Positions 29,730 through 39,600 of a stretch of DNA of 64,000 bases are shown here, piece by piece. A program made the position numbers and the translations under genes. The DNA comes from Candidatus Aenigmatarchaeota archaeon. GTDB taxonomy: Archaea > Aenigmatarchaeota > Aenigmatarchaeia > CG10238-14 > SpSt-28. The notes under the pieces were generated by a model. It was given only the letters and a program-made list of their open reading frames with translations. It was not told the origin of the DNA and made no database searches. The stretch spans positions 258,995 to 322,994 of the forward strand of contig JAWBNO010000001.1 in assembly GCA_039000725.1 (NCBI GenBank), written 5' to 3'. Each line of letters starts with the position of its first letter. The first letter of the stretch is position 1.

Positions 29730-29758
29730 ATTATCTCTTATATATTATTAGAGATAAT
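29730..29758. promoter_or_regulatory. Inverted repeat ATTATCTCTTA-N7-TTAGAGATAAT
   Basis: 11-bp arms with one mismatch; the same half-site recurs at 29249 and 29763. Confidence 0.5.
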
Positions 29759-29860
29759 AGTCTTTATCTCTAAAATTGTATCCTAGGCATATTGAAATAG
29801 AAAAACCATTTAAAGTCTTCAGAAGGCTAAGTATAAATCTTTTAAGGATTTTTTATAATT

Positions 29861-31465
29861 ATGATTGAAAATCTCAATTTTAGTCAGGAAAATAAAAAGG
29901 AGATCAAGAAAAGTAGCGAGGCTTGTAATCAGATTTATGAATACCTTAGAAAATATGAGGTTGAAGCGAAAAAAGAGAGGGGTGAACCATTATATCTCTC
30001 AGCTAGTATGTATGCTGTTACTTCTATAGAGGTTTCTGTTTTAAATGGCGAGAGAGTTAATAACTACAATAGTTCTTTACAAAATAAAACTATTGTCACC
30101 GCGCATTACAAGCCAGCAAAGCCCATTTTTTATGTGGAAAACGAAATATTTTCTAAAGATATGCTTTGGAAAGCAGAGCTTCAAGCATGGGAAAATTATG
30201 GAAATTATAGACATTCTAGGTTCGAAGAAAAAGAATTTAATTTATTACAGCCAGAAAGGTCAATAAAAGACAATATAAAGATGAACGAGTTCGACGAGAA
30301 TGATGCATTAGAAATAATGAAAAATCTTGATTATATTAGTAGAGAGGCAAAAGAAAAAGTTGACAGGGTGTTGTACAATTTGAGTTTAAAAGATATTAAA
30401 TTTTCATTCGTAGACGTCGCAGGTAGTGAAATAATTCAAGAATTGAACTATTGGTACGTTATCTTTGTAGTGAGGAAAAAAGCAAATCAATACCCATTAA
30501 GGCATTTTGAACTGTCTTACAGTATTGGTGCTAGCGAAGTTAAAAAAAGTTTTAATAAACTGTTTAAAACCTTGTACGAAGGAGTGATGAATACTGTAAA
30601 TAAAGTTGAGTTATTTTCTAAGAATAGTTCTAACCCTAGCGAATTTACTCTCTCTTCTGGAAATTATAAGGCCATTTTAGACGGAAGAGTAGCAGGCGTA
30701 GCTCTTCATGAATTTGGTGCAGGGCATCTTGCAGAAGCTCATCGAGTTATAGAAGAAGGGGAAGCCTTAACTTTTTATGGTAAAATAGGGAAGAGAATAT
30801 CAACTCACCATGTAACTTTAATTGACGATGGAACACTCGAAATAGAAGGAATAAAACCAATTTCATATTACCTATATGATGCTGAGGGGGTAAGAAAAAA
30901 GAGCGTTGAGATAATAAAAGATGGAAGATTTAATTCATATCTTCATTCCAAGCTTACTGCAGGAACTTTGAGCGAAGAAGAGGGTGGAGGTTTCTTAACT
31001 GGTAATGCTAGAATAGAGGTAGAGAATGAAACCAAAACACCAATAGTTCCAAGAATGAGCACTTTATACCTAAAACCTAGAGATTTAAGTTTTGATGAGT
31101 TATTAGAAATGGCAAAGGGCGGAATTTTAATAACTTCAGGTTCACCATCAGGTGAAGTTTTAACACAGCTAGCTGTAGGTTGGATGCCCATTGATGAAAT
31201 GTACTATATAGACCATAATAAAGATATTAAACCCTTGATATACCCGCAGTACAACGTATACATTAGAGAAACACCAGAATCGTTTTTAAAAAAGATAAAG
31301 GGAGTTGGAAATAAAAAAACCTTAACTTTTGACGTTGGTTTTTGTGGTGCAGAATCAGGCTTTATACCTCATGCTATTTATAGTCCTGCCGTCTTTGTTA
31401 ATAGAGTATGCATAATTTTAAGTAAAGGTATGTCCTTTTTAAGGGAGCCTTTAGTCAAACAGTAA
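29861..31465 (+). CDS. TldD/PmbA-family metalloprotease (TldD-like)
   Basis: HEFGAGHLAE, LIDDG, YDAEG, TGNAR, PRMS, GFCGAESG. Confidence 0.88.
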   Translation: MIENLNFSQENKKEIKKSSEACNQIYEYLRKYEVEAKKERGEPLYLSASMYAVTSIEVSVLNGERVNNYNSSLQNKTIVTAHYKPAKPIFYVENEIFSKDMLWKAELQAWENYGNYRHSRFEEKEFNLLQPERSIKDNIKMNEFDENDALEIMKNLDYISREAKEKVDRVLYNLSLKDIKFSFVDVAGSEIIQELNYWYVIFVVRKKANQYPLRHFELSYSIGASEVKKSFNKLFKTLYEGVMNTVNKVELFSKNSSNPSEFTLSSGNYKAILDGRVAGVALHEFGAGHLAEAHRVIEEGEALTFYGKIGKRISTHHVTLIDDGTLEIEGIKPISYYLYDAEGVRKKSVEIIKDGRFNSYLHSKLTAGTLSEEEGGGFLTGNARIEVENETKTPIVPRMSTLYLKPRDLSFDELLEMAKGGILITSGSPSGEVLTQLAVGWMPIDEMYYIDHNKDIKPLIYPQYNVYIRETPESFLKKIKGVGNKKTLTFDVGFCGAESGFIPHAIYSPAVFVNRVCIILSKGMSFLREPLVKQ

Positions 31466-31510
31466 AAAATTTATAAATTATATAAAAAATAACTATTTAT
31501 TGGTGGTAAC

Positions 31511-32791
31511 ATGAGTAGCGAAGAAATAAAAAAACTTTATGAAATTTGGAATAAGATAGAAATAGATGACCTCAAATTTATGTTATCATTCTTAAACTCT
31601 AGATACCCAATTTTTGGTGAGACTATAGAAAGATTAAGCGCTTACAAAGCTTATGAATTTCTTCCAAAAGAAGAAAAGTTAGAGTTTGGTTTGTATTCTG
31701 AAGAATTAGATCCCCTATTTTTTGTTTTAGATAAAGATTTTATAGATTGGATTGAAAGAACGTTACCACCATACCCAACCATAGTTTCTAATCTATATAA
31801 TAAAAAAGGACTAAAATCAGAGGAGATAGAAATTATGACTAAAAGAAGTATAAACCCAATCACTAACTATAGAGTTGGAAAAAAGAAGAGAGATATTATT
31901 AAGAAATATGGATTAATTAGTGAGGAGTTTGAAAAAGTTAATCAAAAAATTCAAGAAAGAAGATGGAAGGCAATAAGAAATACTATGATACCACTTTATG
32001 GAATATCTGCTGCAAGTATAATGATTTATACCAAAGATCCGGTTTCTTCTTTACTTTCTTGGCTACCATTTCCTATTTTATTTAATCTAGGAAGATATAT
32101 TACCTTTAAAACAGAGAACAGAAAAATAAAAAATTTTATAGACAGAAGTTTAACAGCAGCTTTAATTGCCTCATCACCAGAATCATATATTAGAGTAATT
32201 TTAGAATTTGGAGTTGGCGCACCATTGCTTTCTTATTCAATAGAAAAACTTTGGCCTTATGTTCCTAGAAGTTTTAAAAAATTTTTCTACAATCTTCAAT
32301 TAAAAAGTAGTGGTATAAAAGCAAAAAAATTTGATGAAAAAGAAGTTAGAAATCTTCTATATAACGTTAACATATCTTCAGAAAATATTCCAAATTATCT
32401 CTTTGAAGAGTATAAAAATCAAATAGAAAACGGAATTATAGAGGTCGAAGACCCAAGAAAAACTTTAATATCAACTTATGGATTATCTTATTACAGAAGA
32501 AAGAAAGTTGCATCTTTAGAGGGTAGTGAAGTTAAGATAATTGATAACGAATATGTCAAAAAGTTAGCTCAAATAGAAGGAACTTTTTTAAAAGATTTCG
32601 AAAATAGATTAAAGAGATATCCTACGAAATATCTAGGTGTATCAGTTTTAGATGATAAAATATATTTTGTTAGGGATATTATTGGAATTTTGCCTTCTCA
32701 AATAGAAAGCGGACTAGCTTATAAGGAAGCTTATTGTTGTTTACTTGGCAAGAAAAGTGATAACATATTTTCCATTTATTATAATATTTGA
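31511..32791 (+). CDS. Hypothetical protein with central hydrophobic segments
   Basis: 426-aa ORF with GGTGGT RBS; two to three putative TM segments. Confidence 0.7.
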   Translation: MSSEEIKKLYEIWNKIEIDDLKFMLSFLNSRYPIFGETIERLSAYKAYEFLPKEEKLEFGLYSEELDPLFFVLDKDFIDWIERTLPPYPTIVSNLYNKKGLKSEEIEIMTKRSINPITNYRVGKKKRDIIKKYGLISEEFEKVNQKIQERRWKAIRNTMIPLYGISAASIMIYTKDPVSSLLSWLPFPILFNLGRYITFKTENRKIKNFIDRSLTAALIASSPESYIRVILEFGVGAPLLSYSIEKLWPYVPRSFKKFFYNLQLKSSGIKAKKFDEKEVRNLLYNVNISSENIPNYLFEEYKNQIENGIIEVEDPRKTLISTYGLSYYRRKKVASLEGSEVKIIDNEYVKKLAQIEGTFLKDFENRLKRYPTKYLGVSVLDDKIYFVRDIIGILPSQIESGLAYKEAYCCLLGKKSDNIFSIYYNI

Positions 32792-32827
32792 AAGACTAAC
32801 TTTTTTATTAAAAAAGCATAGAGAAAT

Positions 32828-33643
32828 ATGGTAGAAAGTATAAGATTTAGTGGATATTATATAGCTAACGAAATTGATATTAAAAAGTATTATTTAGATA
32901 AACATAACAAAATTTGGAAAAAAACGTGGGAAGAACCATTAATTGTTGAGAAGAATAGGTCTAAGGCTTTAATATTTGCTTTCGGCAGCATAGTATTTGA
33001 AAATGAAACAGACGAATTTAAAGAAGAAATATTTAAAGAATTTAAAAAGTATTTCATTCAACCAACCGAAAAAACATATACTTCAAACTTTTTTCTAAAG
33101 GTTTTCGATTCTTCTAGAGATATAAAACAATATTGTGGTAAAGAAATAAAAAATAGAAAAATTTTTACTACAGAAGAAGAGGGCTTAACTCTAAAAAAAT
33201 ATTTTAATCAAGATTTTGAAAAAGTTGTTGCATTGGTTGTTGCTCAGGACTCCTCTTTGCGATACATAGAAGAAAAAACCGAAGAAATGCTAGAAACAGT
33301 TAATGGATTGATAAATAGAATGAAGTTTTTTAATTTTAATTTGAGAAAAATAATTAACTACCTTATCGATGTTTCAAAAATAAGAAGTGCAATAATTTCT
33401 GATTTGATGTTAATAGAAAAACCAGAAATAGCTTGGGAAATTTCCTATTTGTCTGAAATTTATTATTCTGTTAGGGATTATTTCGAAATAAAAATTAGAG
33501 TCGATATAGTTCTAACAAAAATTAATTTAGCTAAAGAGTTAGGAGAAATGGTAGAAAGATTAATAAGTGAAAGAAGGTTAGAATTCTTAGAAGTATTAAT
33601 AGTGCTACTTTTTATAATTGATATAATATTATACATGTTATGA
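32828..33643 (+). CDS. RMD1/DUF155-family protein
   Basis: IFAFGSIVF, AQ..SL..IE, KPEIAWE, YFEI..R, RLEFLEVLIVLL. Confidence 0.85.
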   Translation: MVESIRFSGYYIANEIDIKKYYLDKHNKIWKKTWEEPLIVEKNRSKALIFAFGSIVFENETDEFKEEIFKEFKKYFIQPTEKTYTSNFFLKVFDSSRDIKQYCGKEIKNRKIFTTEEEGLTLKKYFNQDFEKVVALVVAQDSSLRYIEEKTEEMLETVNGLINRMKFFNFNLRKIINYLIDVSKIRSAIISDLMLIEKPEIAWEISYLSEIYYSVRDYFEIKIRVDIVLTKINLAKELGEMVERLISERRLEFLEVLIVLLFIIDIILYML

Positions 33644-34215
33644 TTGTTTTTTTGAATGAGTATGATGTTAGATATTTATTTTCTTGTATTGAAGACGAAA
33701 TAAACGTGTTTAAAAACTTAGCAGATTTTAGAAGCTATTTAGAGAAAAATGGATCTTTTTTAGAAAAAATGATAGAGATAGAGTGGAAAAAAATCGGGAG
33801 CTTGTTTCCGAACTTAAGTAGATTTTTTATATCAAGATACAAAAACGATTTATATTTACCATCAGGATCAATTTCTAGATATTTTGAAGGTAAAGACGAA
33901 TTTTCTCACAATAAATTGATAATAAATAAAATTTTGAAATTAAGATTTGGATTAAAAAGCTTGTCTGATTGTTTAGTTTTGGTCGGAAGAAAAGAAGGAG
34001 AAATTTATCATTTTTATACTCTTTTTGGAGATGTTTTCGAGGAGCAAGTATATTTTGGATATTTTACCCCTTCAGAAATAGAAGAAAAAGATAAAGGAGA
34101 ATATTTTACAGTTCATAGACGGAAAAATGGAAAGAGAATTGCTATAAGAATAATTGACGAAAATAAAGCTAAGGAAATGATTGAATATCTTTACAGTTTT
34201 AATATTCAAAAGTAA
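33640..34215 (+). CDS. Hypothetical protein, possibly a divergent DUF6390-like hydrogenase-associated protein
   Basis: FPNL, FSHN, DCLVLVG, GEYFTVH motifs; lies just upstream of the hydrogenase genes. Confidence 0.5.
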   Translation: MIVFLNEYDVRYLFSCIEDEINVFKNLADFRSYLEKNGSFLEKMIEIEWKKIGSLFPNLSRFFISRYKNDLYLPSGSISRYFEGKDEFSHNKLIINKILKLRFGLKSLSDCLVLVGRKEGEIYHFYTLFGDVFEEQVYFGYFTPSEIEEKDKGEYFTVHRRKNGKRIAIRIIDENKAKEMIEYLYSFNIQK

Positions 34216-34224
34216 ATAGTGTTT

Positions 34225-34710
34225 ATGAAAATCAAAATTGGAGTTTTTTCTTTAACTTGTGATGAAGGTTGTAGTGTAAATTTTTTAGAAATTTTGAATA
34301 AAAAATATTTCGAATGGAAAGATTTTATAGAATTTGTTAATTTTAGACTGGTTAAGACTGAAAAAGATATAAGAGAAATGGATATCGCATTTGTTGAAGG
34401 AGTAATTTCTACTAAAAAAGATTTGGAAAAAATTAAAAAAATTAGAGAAAAGTGTAAAAAATTGGTTTTGCTTGGGAGTTGTGCAATTTCTGGCATACCT
34501 TCTAATATTAGAAATTATTTTGATGAAGAAAGAAATAAAGAAATAGAGGAAATATTAAAAAAATTTGATTTTTTAGATAGATGCTATTTAATAAAAGAAG
34601 TTGTTAAAGTTGACTACGAAATACCCGGTTGTCCTATTGATGAAAATAAATTGATTAATTATATAGATAATTTGATTGTGGAGGCTAACGAAGATGCACG
34701 GGAATATTGA
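34225..34710 (+). CDS. [NiFe]-hydrogenase small subunit, short single-cluster (HoxY/delta-like)
   Basis: LTCDEGC, VEG, GSCAISG, IPGCP; ends without a C-terminal Fe-S domain. Confidence 0.9.
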   Translation: MKIKIGVFSLTCDEGCSVNFLEILNKKYFEWKDFIEFVNFRLVKTEKDIREMDIAFVEGVISTKKDLEKIKKIREKCKKLVLLGSCAISGIPSNIRNYFDEERNKEIEEILKKFDFLDRCYLIKEVVKVDYEIPGCPIDENKLINYIDNLIVEANEDAREY

Positions 34711-35971
34711 TATTAATATAGATGAGATTAGTAAAACAGAAGGTCATACAGGTTTAGAGATTAAAGTTAGAGATGGAAAAGTAGAAGAAGTTAAGCTAAA
34801 AGTTAGCGAAAACAAAAGATTTTTCACTCAAGGTGTAAGAGGAAAGATGTATTATGAAATACCTACATTTATAGCTAGAATTTGTGGAACTTGTAGTATA
34901 GCTCATTTGCTTGCATGTATCGAGGCTGTAGAAAAAGCTTTTGGAATAGAGGTTAGTGAGCAAACAAAAATTATGAGAAAACTTTCTATGTTTGGTTTAA
35001 TGATTAGAGATCATGCAATGCATCTTTATTTTCTTTCTTTACCAGATATATTAAAAAAAGATTCCATTTTTGAAATAGGAGAAGAAAACCCAGAATTAAT
35101 AAAACAGGCATTCGAAGTTAAAGCGGCTGGCAATTTGTTGTGTAAAGTTATAGCAGGTAGAGCTGTACATCCAAATTTTGCTACTATTGGAGGATTTTTG
35201 AGAATACCAAAAAAAGAAGAAATAAAAGAGTTAATTCAAAAATTGAAAAATGTTAGAGAATATGTTTTGAATTTAATTGAAATTTTCGGTAATTCTGATT
35301 TGAGTTTTAAAAAAGAAACTATTTATGTAGCTTTATGCACACCACACTATAATTTTTTAGAAGGAGAAATAAGAAGTAGTGAAGGAATAACTGTACAAGA
35401 AGAAAATTTTTGGGATTTTGTTAATAGAATAGTAATTCCATATTCACAATCGACAGCCTTTAAGTTTACTGGAAAACCATATAGAGTTGGAGCTTTGGCA
35501 AGATTAAACTTGAATAAAAACGAATTAGATGAAGATACTAAAAAAGATACAGCTAAATACTTAACTAGATTTCCTTCTCATGATATATTTGATAACAATT
35601 TGGCTCAAGCTATAGAAATATTGCATTGTTTAGATTCTTCAATAAAGATTTTAGAAAATTTTGAGTTTAAAGAAGAAAGGCCAATTGAATTTAAGCCAAA
35701 GGAAAGCGAAGGAATTGGAGTAGTAGAAGCTCCTAGGGGCACTTTATATCACATGTATTACTTTGATGAAGAAGGAAAAGTTAAATTTGGAAATTTTGTT
35801 ATACCTACAGCCCAAAATCAAATTCAAATGGAATTAGATATTAAAGATTTGGTTGAACAAAATTTGGATAAAGATAAGCATACTCTACAACATATGATAG
35901 AATCTTTGATTAGAGCTTATGATCCTTGCTTTAGTTGTGCTTCTCATTTCTTAAAAATCAAATGGATATAA
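34694..35971 (+). CDS. [NiFe]-hydrogenase large subunit (group 3-like)
   Basis: EGH, RFF, L1 RICGTCSIAH, EAPRG, L2 DPCFSCASH plus a 7-aa C-terminal extension. Confidence 0.95.
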   Translation: MHGNIDINIDEISKTEGHTGLEIKVRDGKVEEVKLKVSENKRFFTQGVRGKMYYEIPTFIARICGTCSIAHLLACIEAVEKAFGIEVSEQTKIMRKLSMFGLMIRDHAMHLYFLSLPDILKKDSIFEIGEENPELIKQAFEVKAAGNLLCKVIAGRAVHPNFATIGGFLRIPKKEEIKELIQKLKNVREYVLNLIEIFGNSDLSFKKETIYVALCTPHYNFLEGEIRSSEGITVQEENFWDFVNRIVIPYSQSTAFKFTGKPYRVGALARLNLNKNELDEDTKKDTAKYLTRFPSHDIFDNNLAQAIEILHCLDSSIKILENFEFKEERPIEFKPKESEGIGVVEAPRGTLYHMYYFDEEGKVKFGNFVIPTAQNQIQMELDIKDLVEQNLDKDKHTLQHMIESLIRAYDPCFSCASHFLKIKWI

Positions 35972-36321
35972 TTTATAACTTGTTTTAACGCTTCTTCCTC
36001 ATTTAAATTAAAAGGTATAGCAATTATTTTTACATTTTTTATTTTTCCAATTTTTTTTAATAATTTTAATTCATAACTTAAATCATAATCATGCAAACTA
36101 TAAATTTTTCTATTTTCTAGTAAATCTAAGTCTTCAATTATTTCAACTTTTTCTATTCCTTCAGCTACATCCATTATAACTAAATTTTCTTCTTTTAAAT
36201 CTTCAACAACATCAAACTCTACAAAATCTATTTGAGGAAAAACTTTTTTTAGTTTTTTACTTAATTTAACTGCTAGGCTATCTTTTTTTACTAAAGGATT
36301 TCCAAAGACATATATTTTCAT
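35944..36321 (-). CDS. Hydrogenase maturation protease-like protein (HycI/HyaD family, short)
   Basis: VFGNPL...D, VIMD, SLHD motifs; convergent with and overlapping the large subunit end. Confidence 0.8.
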   Translation of the reverse strand: MKIYVFGNPLVKKDSLAVKLSKKLKKVFPQIDFVEFDVVEDLKEENLVIMDVAEGIEKVEIIEDLDLLENRKIYSLHDYDLSYELKLLKKIGKIKNVKIIAIPFNLNEEEALKQVINYIHLIFKK

Positions 36322-36344
36322 TAATAAATTTTTTTAGAATATTA

Positions 36345-36680
36345 ATGAGGAAACATTGTTTAAAAAACGTAGAAATTGCTAACAATTATTTTAAAAGATT
36401 GAGAGGATTGATGTTTAGAAGGAAAATTGATAAACCTCTAGTTATAGTTTTGGAAAAAGAGAGCAGAATCAATTCTATAATACATTCTTTTTTTGTATTT
36501 TTTAAGTTCGATGCAGTTTTTCTTAATTCTAAAAATGTAGTTGTTGATTTAAAAGAAGATATAATGCCGTTTACTCTTTTTATTTTACCAAAGAAACCCT
36601 CAAAATTTGTAATCGAATTAAAAAAGGGTGAAATAAGAAGAAGAAATATTAAAATTGGTGATTTAGTTATTTGGATTTAA
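36345..36680 (+). CDS. DUF192 family protein
   Basis: RLRGLMFR, IHSFFVFFKFDAVFL, FVIEL..G. Confidence 0.85.
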   Translation: MRKHCLKNVEIANNYFKRLRGLMFRRKIDKPLVIVLEKESRINSIIHSFFVFFKFDAVFLNSKNVVVDLKEDIMPFTLFILPKKPSKFVIELKKGEIRRRNIKIGDLVIWI

Positions 36681-39600
36681 ATTTTAATTTTAAGATTTGG
36701 ATAGTTTATTCCTTTATTTATAGCATCTCTAATTATTTCAATAATCTCTTTATGAAATTCATTTATAACATCTATTGCGTTTATTTTTCCATTTTCTATG
36801 TTATCCATTTTTTCTTCTAATATTCTTGTTGTTTCTTCGTTCAAATATTTTTCATAGTTTTCTTTTAAAAAAGAATAAACTTGAGAACCTAGTGGACTAA
36901 CAATCAATCTAGATTTTCTTATTTCAATAACATATTTTCTTTTTTTAAGAACTTCTAATATTTTTGCGTAAGTAGATGGTCTACCTAATCTTTTTTGCTT
37001 CATTTCAGAAACTATTTCTGAGTAAGTATATGGATAGTAAACGTTAACTAATCTCTTTTTTATTTCTTTAAATGAATACTTACCTTCTTTAATTTCTGGA
37101 ATTTCAGTTGTGCTAATTTTAGAGATCTTTGTAAATCCTTCTTCAATTATTTTTGTTGTATACTCAAAACTTTTTATTTCGTCTAAAATTTTAACTTCAA
37201 TTCTAACCTTTTCCACTTTCGCTTGCTTCATTTGGCTTGCAATAAATCTTTTGAAAATTATATCATATGCTATATAATCTTTTTCAGTTAATGGCGAAGG
37301 AAACCTAATTAAACCTAAGGATACCATATGTCTAAGCCTTTCTGCATTTATTGGTCTTGTTGGCCTTATACATTCATGTGCCCCTTCAGCTTCCCACTTT
37401 CTTTCTTTAACATATTCTTCGCCATATGTTGAAGTTATATATTCTTTGGCAATACTTATACCAACATTGCTAACAGTTGTACTATTTGTTCTATGATATG
37501 TAATTAAACCATTTTCAAATAGTTTTTGGGCTATATTCATTGCTTGATTGGCATCTATTTTTAAATAAGTAGTTAAGGAAGATATTAAAGTGTCTGTAGT
37601 AAATGGGGGAAATGGATTTATCTCTTCAACTCTTTTTTCAACTTTAATAATCTCAACTATTCCACTATTTATTAAATTTTTGTAAGTTCCAATTTTCCCT
37701 CTAAATTTCAACACCAAACCATTACTTAAAGTTAAAGTTATGAATTCTTCCTTTTCTTTCAATTTTTTCGATCTTTCATCAATCCAACCTAAAACAGGAG
37801 TTTGAACTCTACCTGCTGATAAATTAGTGCTTCTAAATTTTTTCCAAAGAACAGGAGATATGCTAAAGCCAATCCATCTATCTTCAATTCTTCTAACTAT
37901 TTGGGCATTAACCAAATTTATGTCAAAATCTTCCAGATTTTCTAAAGCACTTATTATAGCTTTTTTCGTAATTTCATGGAATCTAGCTCTTTTGACATTT
38001 TTGTTTATTGGCTTTAATAAAAGGCATAAGTCATAAGCTATCTTTTCACCTTCACTATCAGGATCAGTTCCAATTACAACTTCATCAACAAGACTAGCTA
38101 ATCTTCTTAAAGCTTCTATTTTAGGATAAGCATCTATAAATCTACTATTATTACAATTTTCACAAACATTTTCTTCTTCCTCAATTTCTTTACCGCAAAT
38201 TACACATTTTTTTATTGCTTTAAAGACTGGAATAAACCCATTTTCTATTTTAACTCCAAATAAACCTTCATCTATTACTAAATCTGTAATATGGCCACCA
38301 CTGGCTGTTATTATTACTAAACCTTCTTTTATAAAAACTTCATAAGCGTTTAATCCTAAAACATTTTTTCTAGCTGGTCTACCAAAGTATTTGGCTATAG
38401 TTCTAGCTTTATTTGGACTTTCTACTATAAAGAGTTTAGTTTTTAAAGAAATTGTTTGTTGGGAACTCAACTTACCTTCCATTGCTAGAATAACTTTTTT
38501 TCTTTCTTCCTCAATTTCTTTTATTAATTGTCGTAGATCAATTTCTTCTAAATTCTTCCATTCTACATCTTCAAAATATTTCAACTCTTTCTTTAAATTA
38601 TTAAAGGCCTTTTCTTCATCTATTATAACAATACTTAATCCTTTTGTTAATCCACCAACATACAATCTACTTGTTCTTCCACTCGCTTGAATGTAAGCAA
38701 TTTCATCTGTAATTAAGAAATAATACTCTCCTTCTTTGGAGCCAAATGTTATTGTTTCAGATTTTTTCATGGCTTCTAAAATATCTCTATCTTTTAATAT
38801 TTTATTGAAAAAATCTAAACCTCTAATAGCAACGCTTCTTACAAATTCTAAAAATCCTTCTAAACTTTTTCCTTCACGTAGAGCATTTCTCACTTCTTCC
38901 AATTGCTCTTTAGTAATAGTTCTAATTTTTCCTAGGTTTGAAAATAAGATTTCAAACTCTTTTTTGTATTCTTCTTTAATAGTAGAAGATATATTGTTCA
39001 ACAACATTAGCCATTTAGTTGGGTGAAATTCATCATATCTTATTTTAATTAAAAATTTTGGAACACCTACAAACAAAGCGTATTTTATTACATGGGGTAA
39101 ATCTATTCCTCTAACCAAAGGACTTCTTAGAGTAACCATTCCAATTAGAACATCTATTTCACCTCTTTCAAAAAGCTCAAAGTATTCTCTCTTAGGTTTT
39201 AGAAAAGATTTTGCTTTAACACCATTTTCATTTAAATATTTTTCAATTTTATCTGCAAATTCAGAGCCTTTATCGCTAGGTATAAATATTAATCCACCTT
39301 TTCCAAGCATTAATACTAAACTTAATACTTCTTCTTCTAAGGATCTCTTAGGCTTTAAGTAACAATCTATTACATTTCTCCCAAATTCAACTCTACCTCC
39401 AGTTGAAAAACCAAAGAGAGTTGAAAGTATTTTAACTGCTTTAGTAGACCTAGCTTTTTGAGTAGCACCACTAACTATTATTTGACCATTAATTCTGTTT
39501 TTTATATTTTCAATCTTCTTAGAAAATTCATCTATTGTTATTTTTCCTTCATAAAAATTTTCAACAAGTTCTTTAACTTTTTTTGGCAAATCTAACATTT

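Noticed and set aside
29060..29860. Canonical Orc1/Cdc6 origin
   Set aside because: No ORB-like TCCA-N-TGGA plus G-string motif and no adjacent cdc6.
34694..35971. Selenocysteine-containing [NiFeSe] hydrogenase
   Set aside because: The L2 motif uses ordinary Cys codons (TGC, TGT); there is no in-frame TGA.
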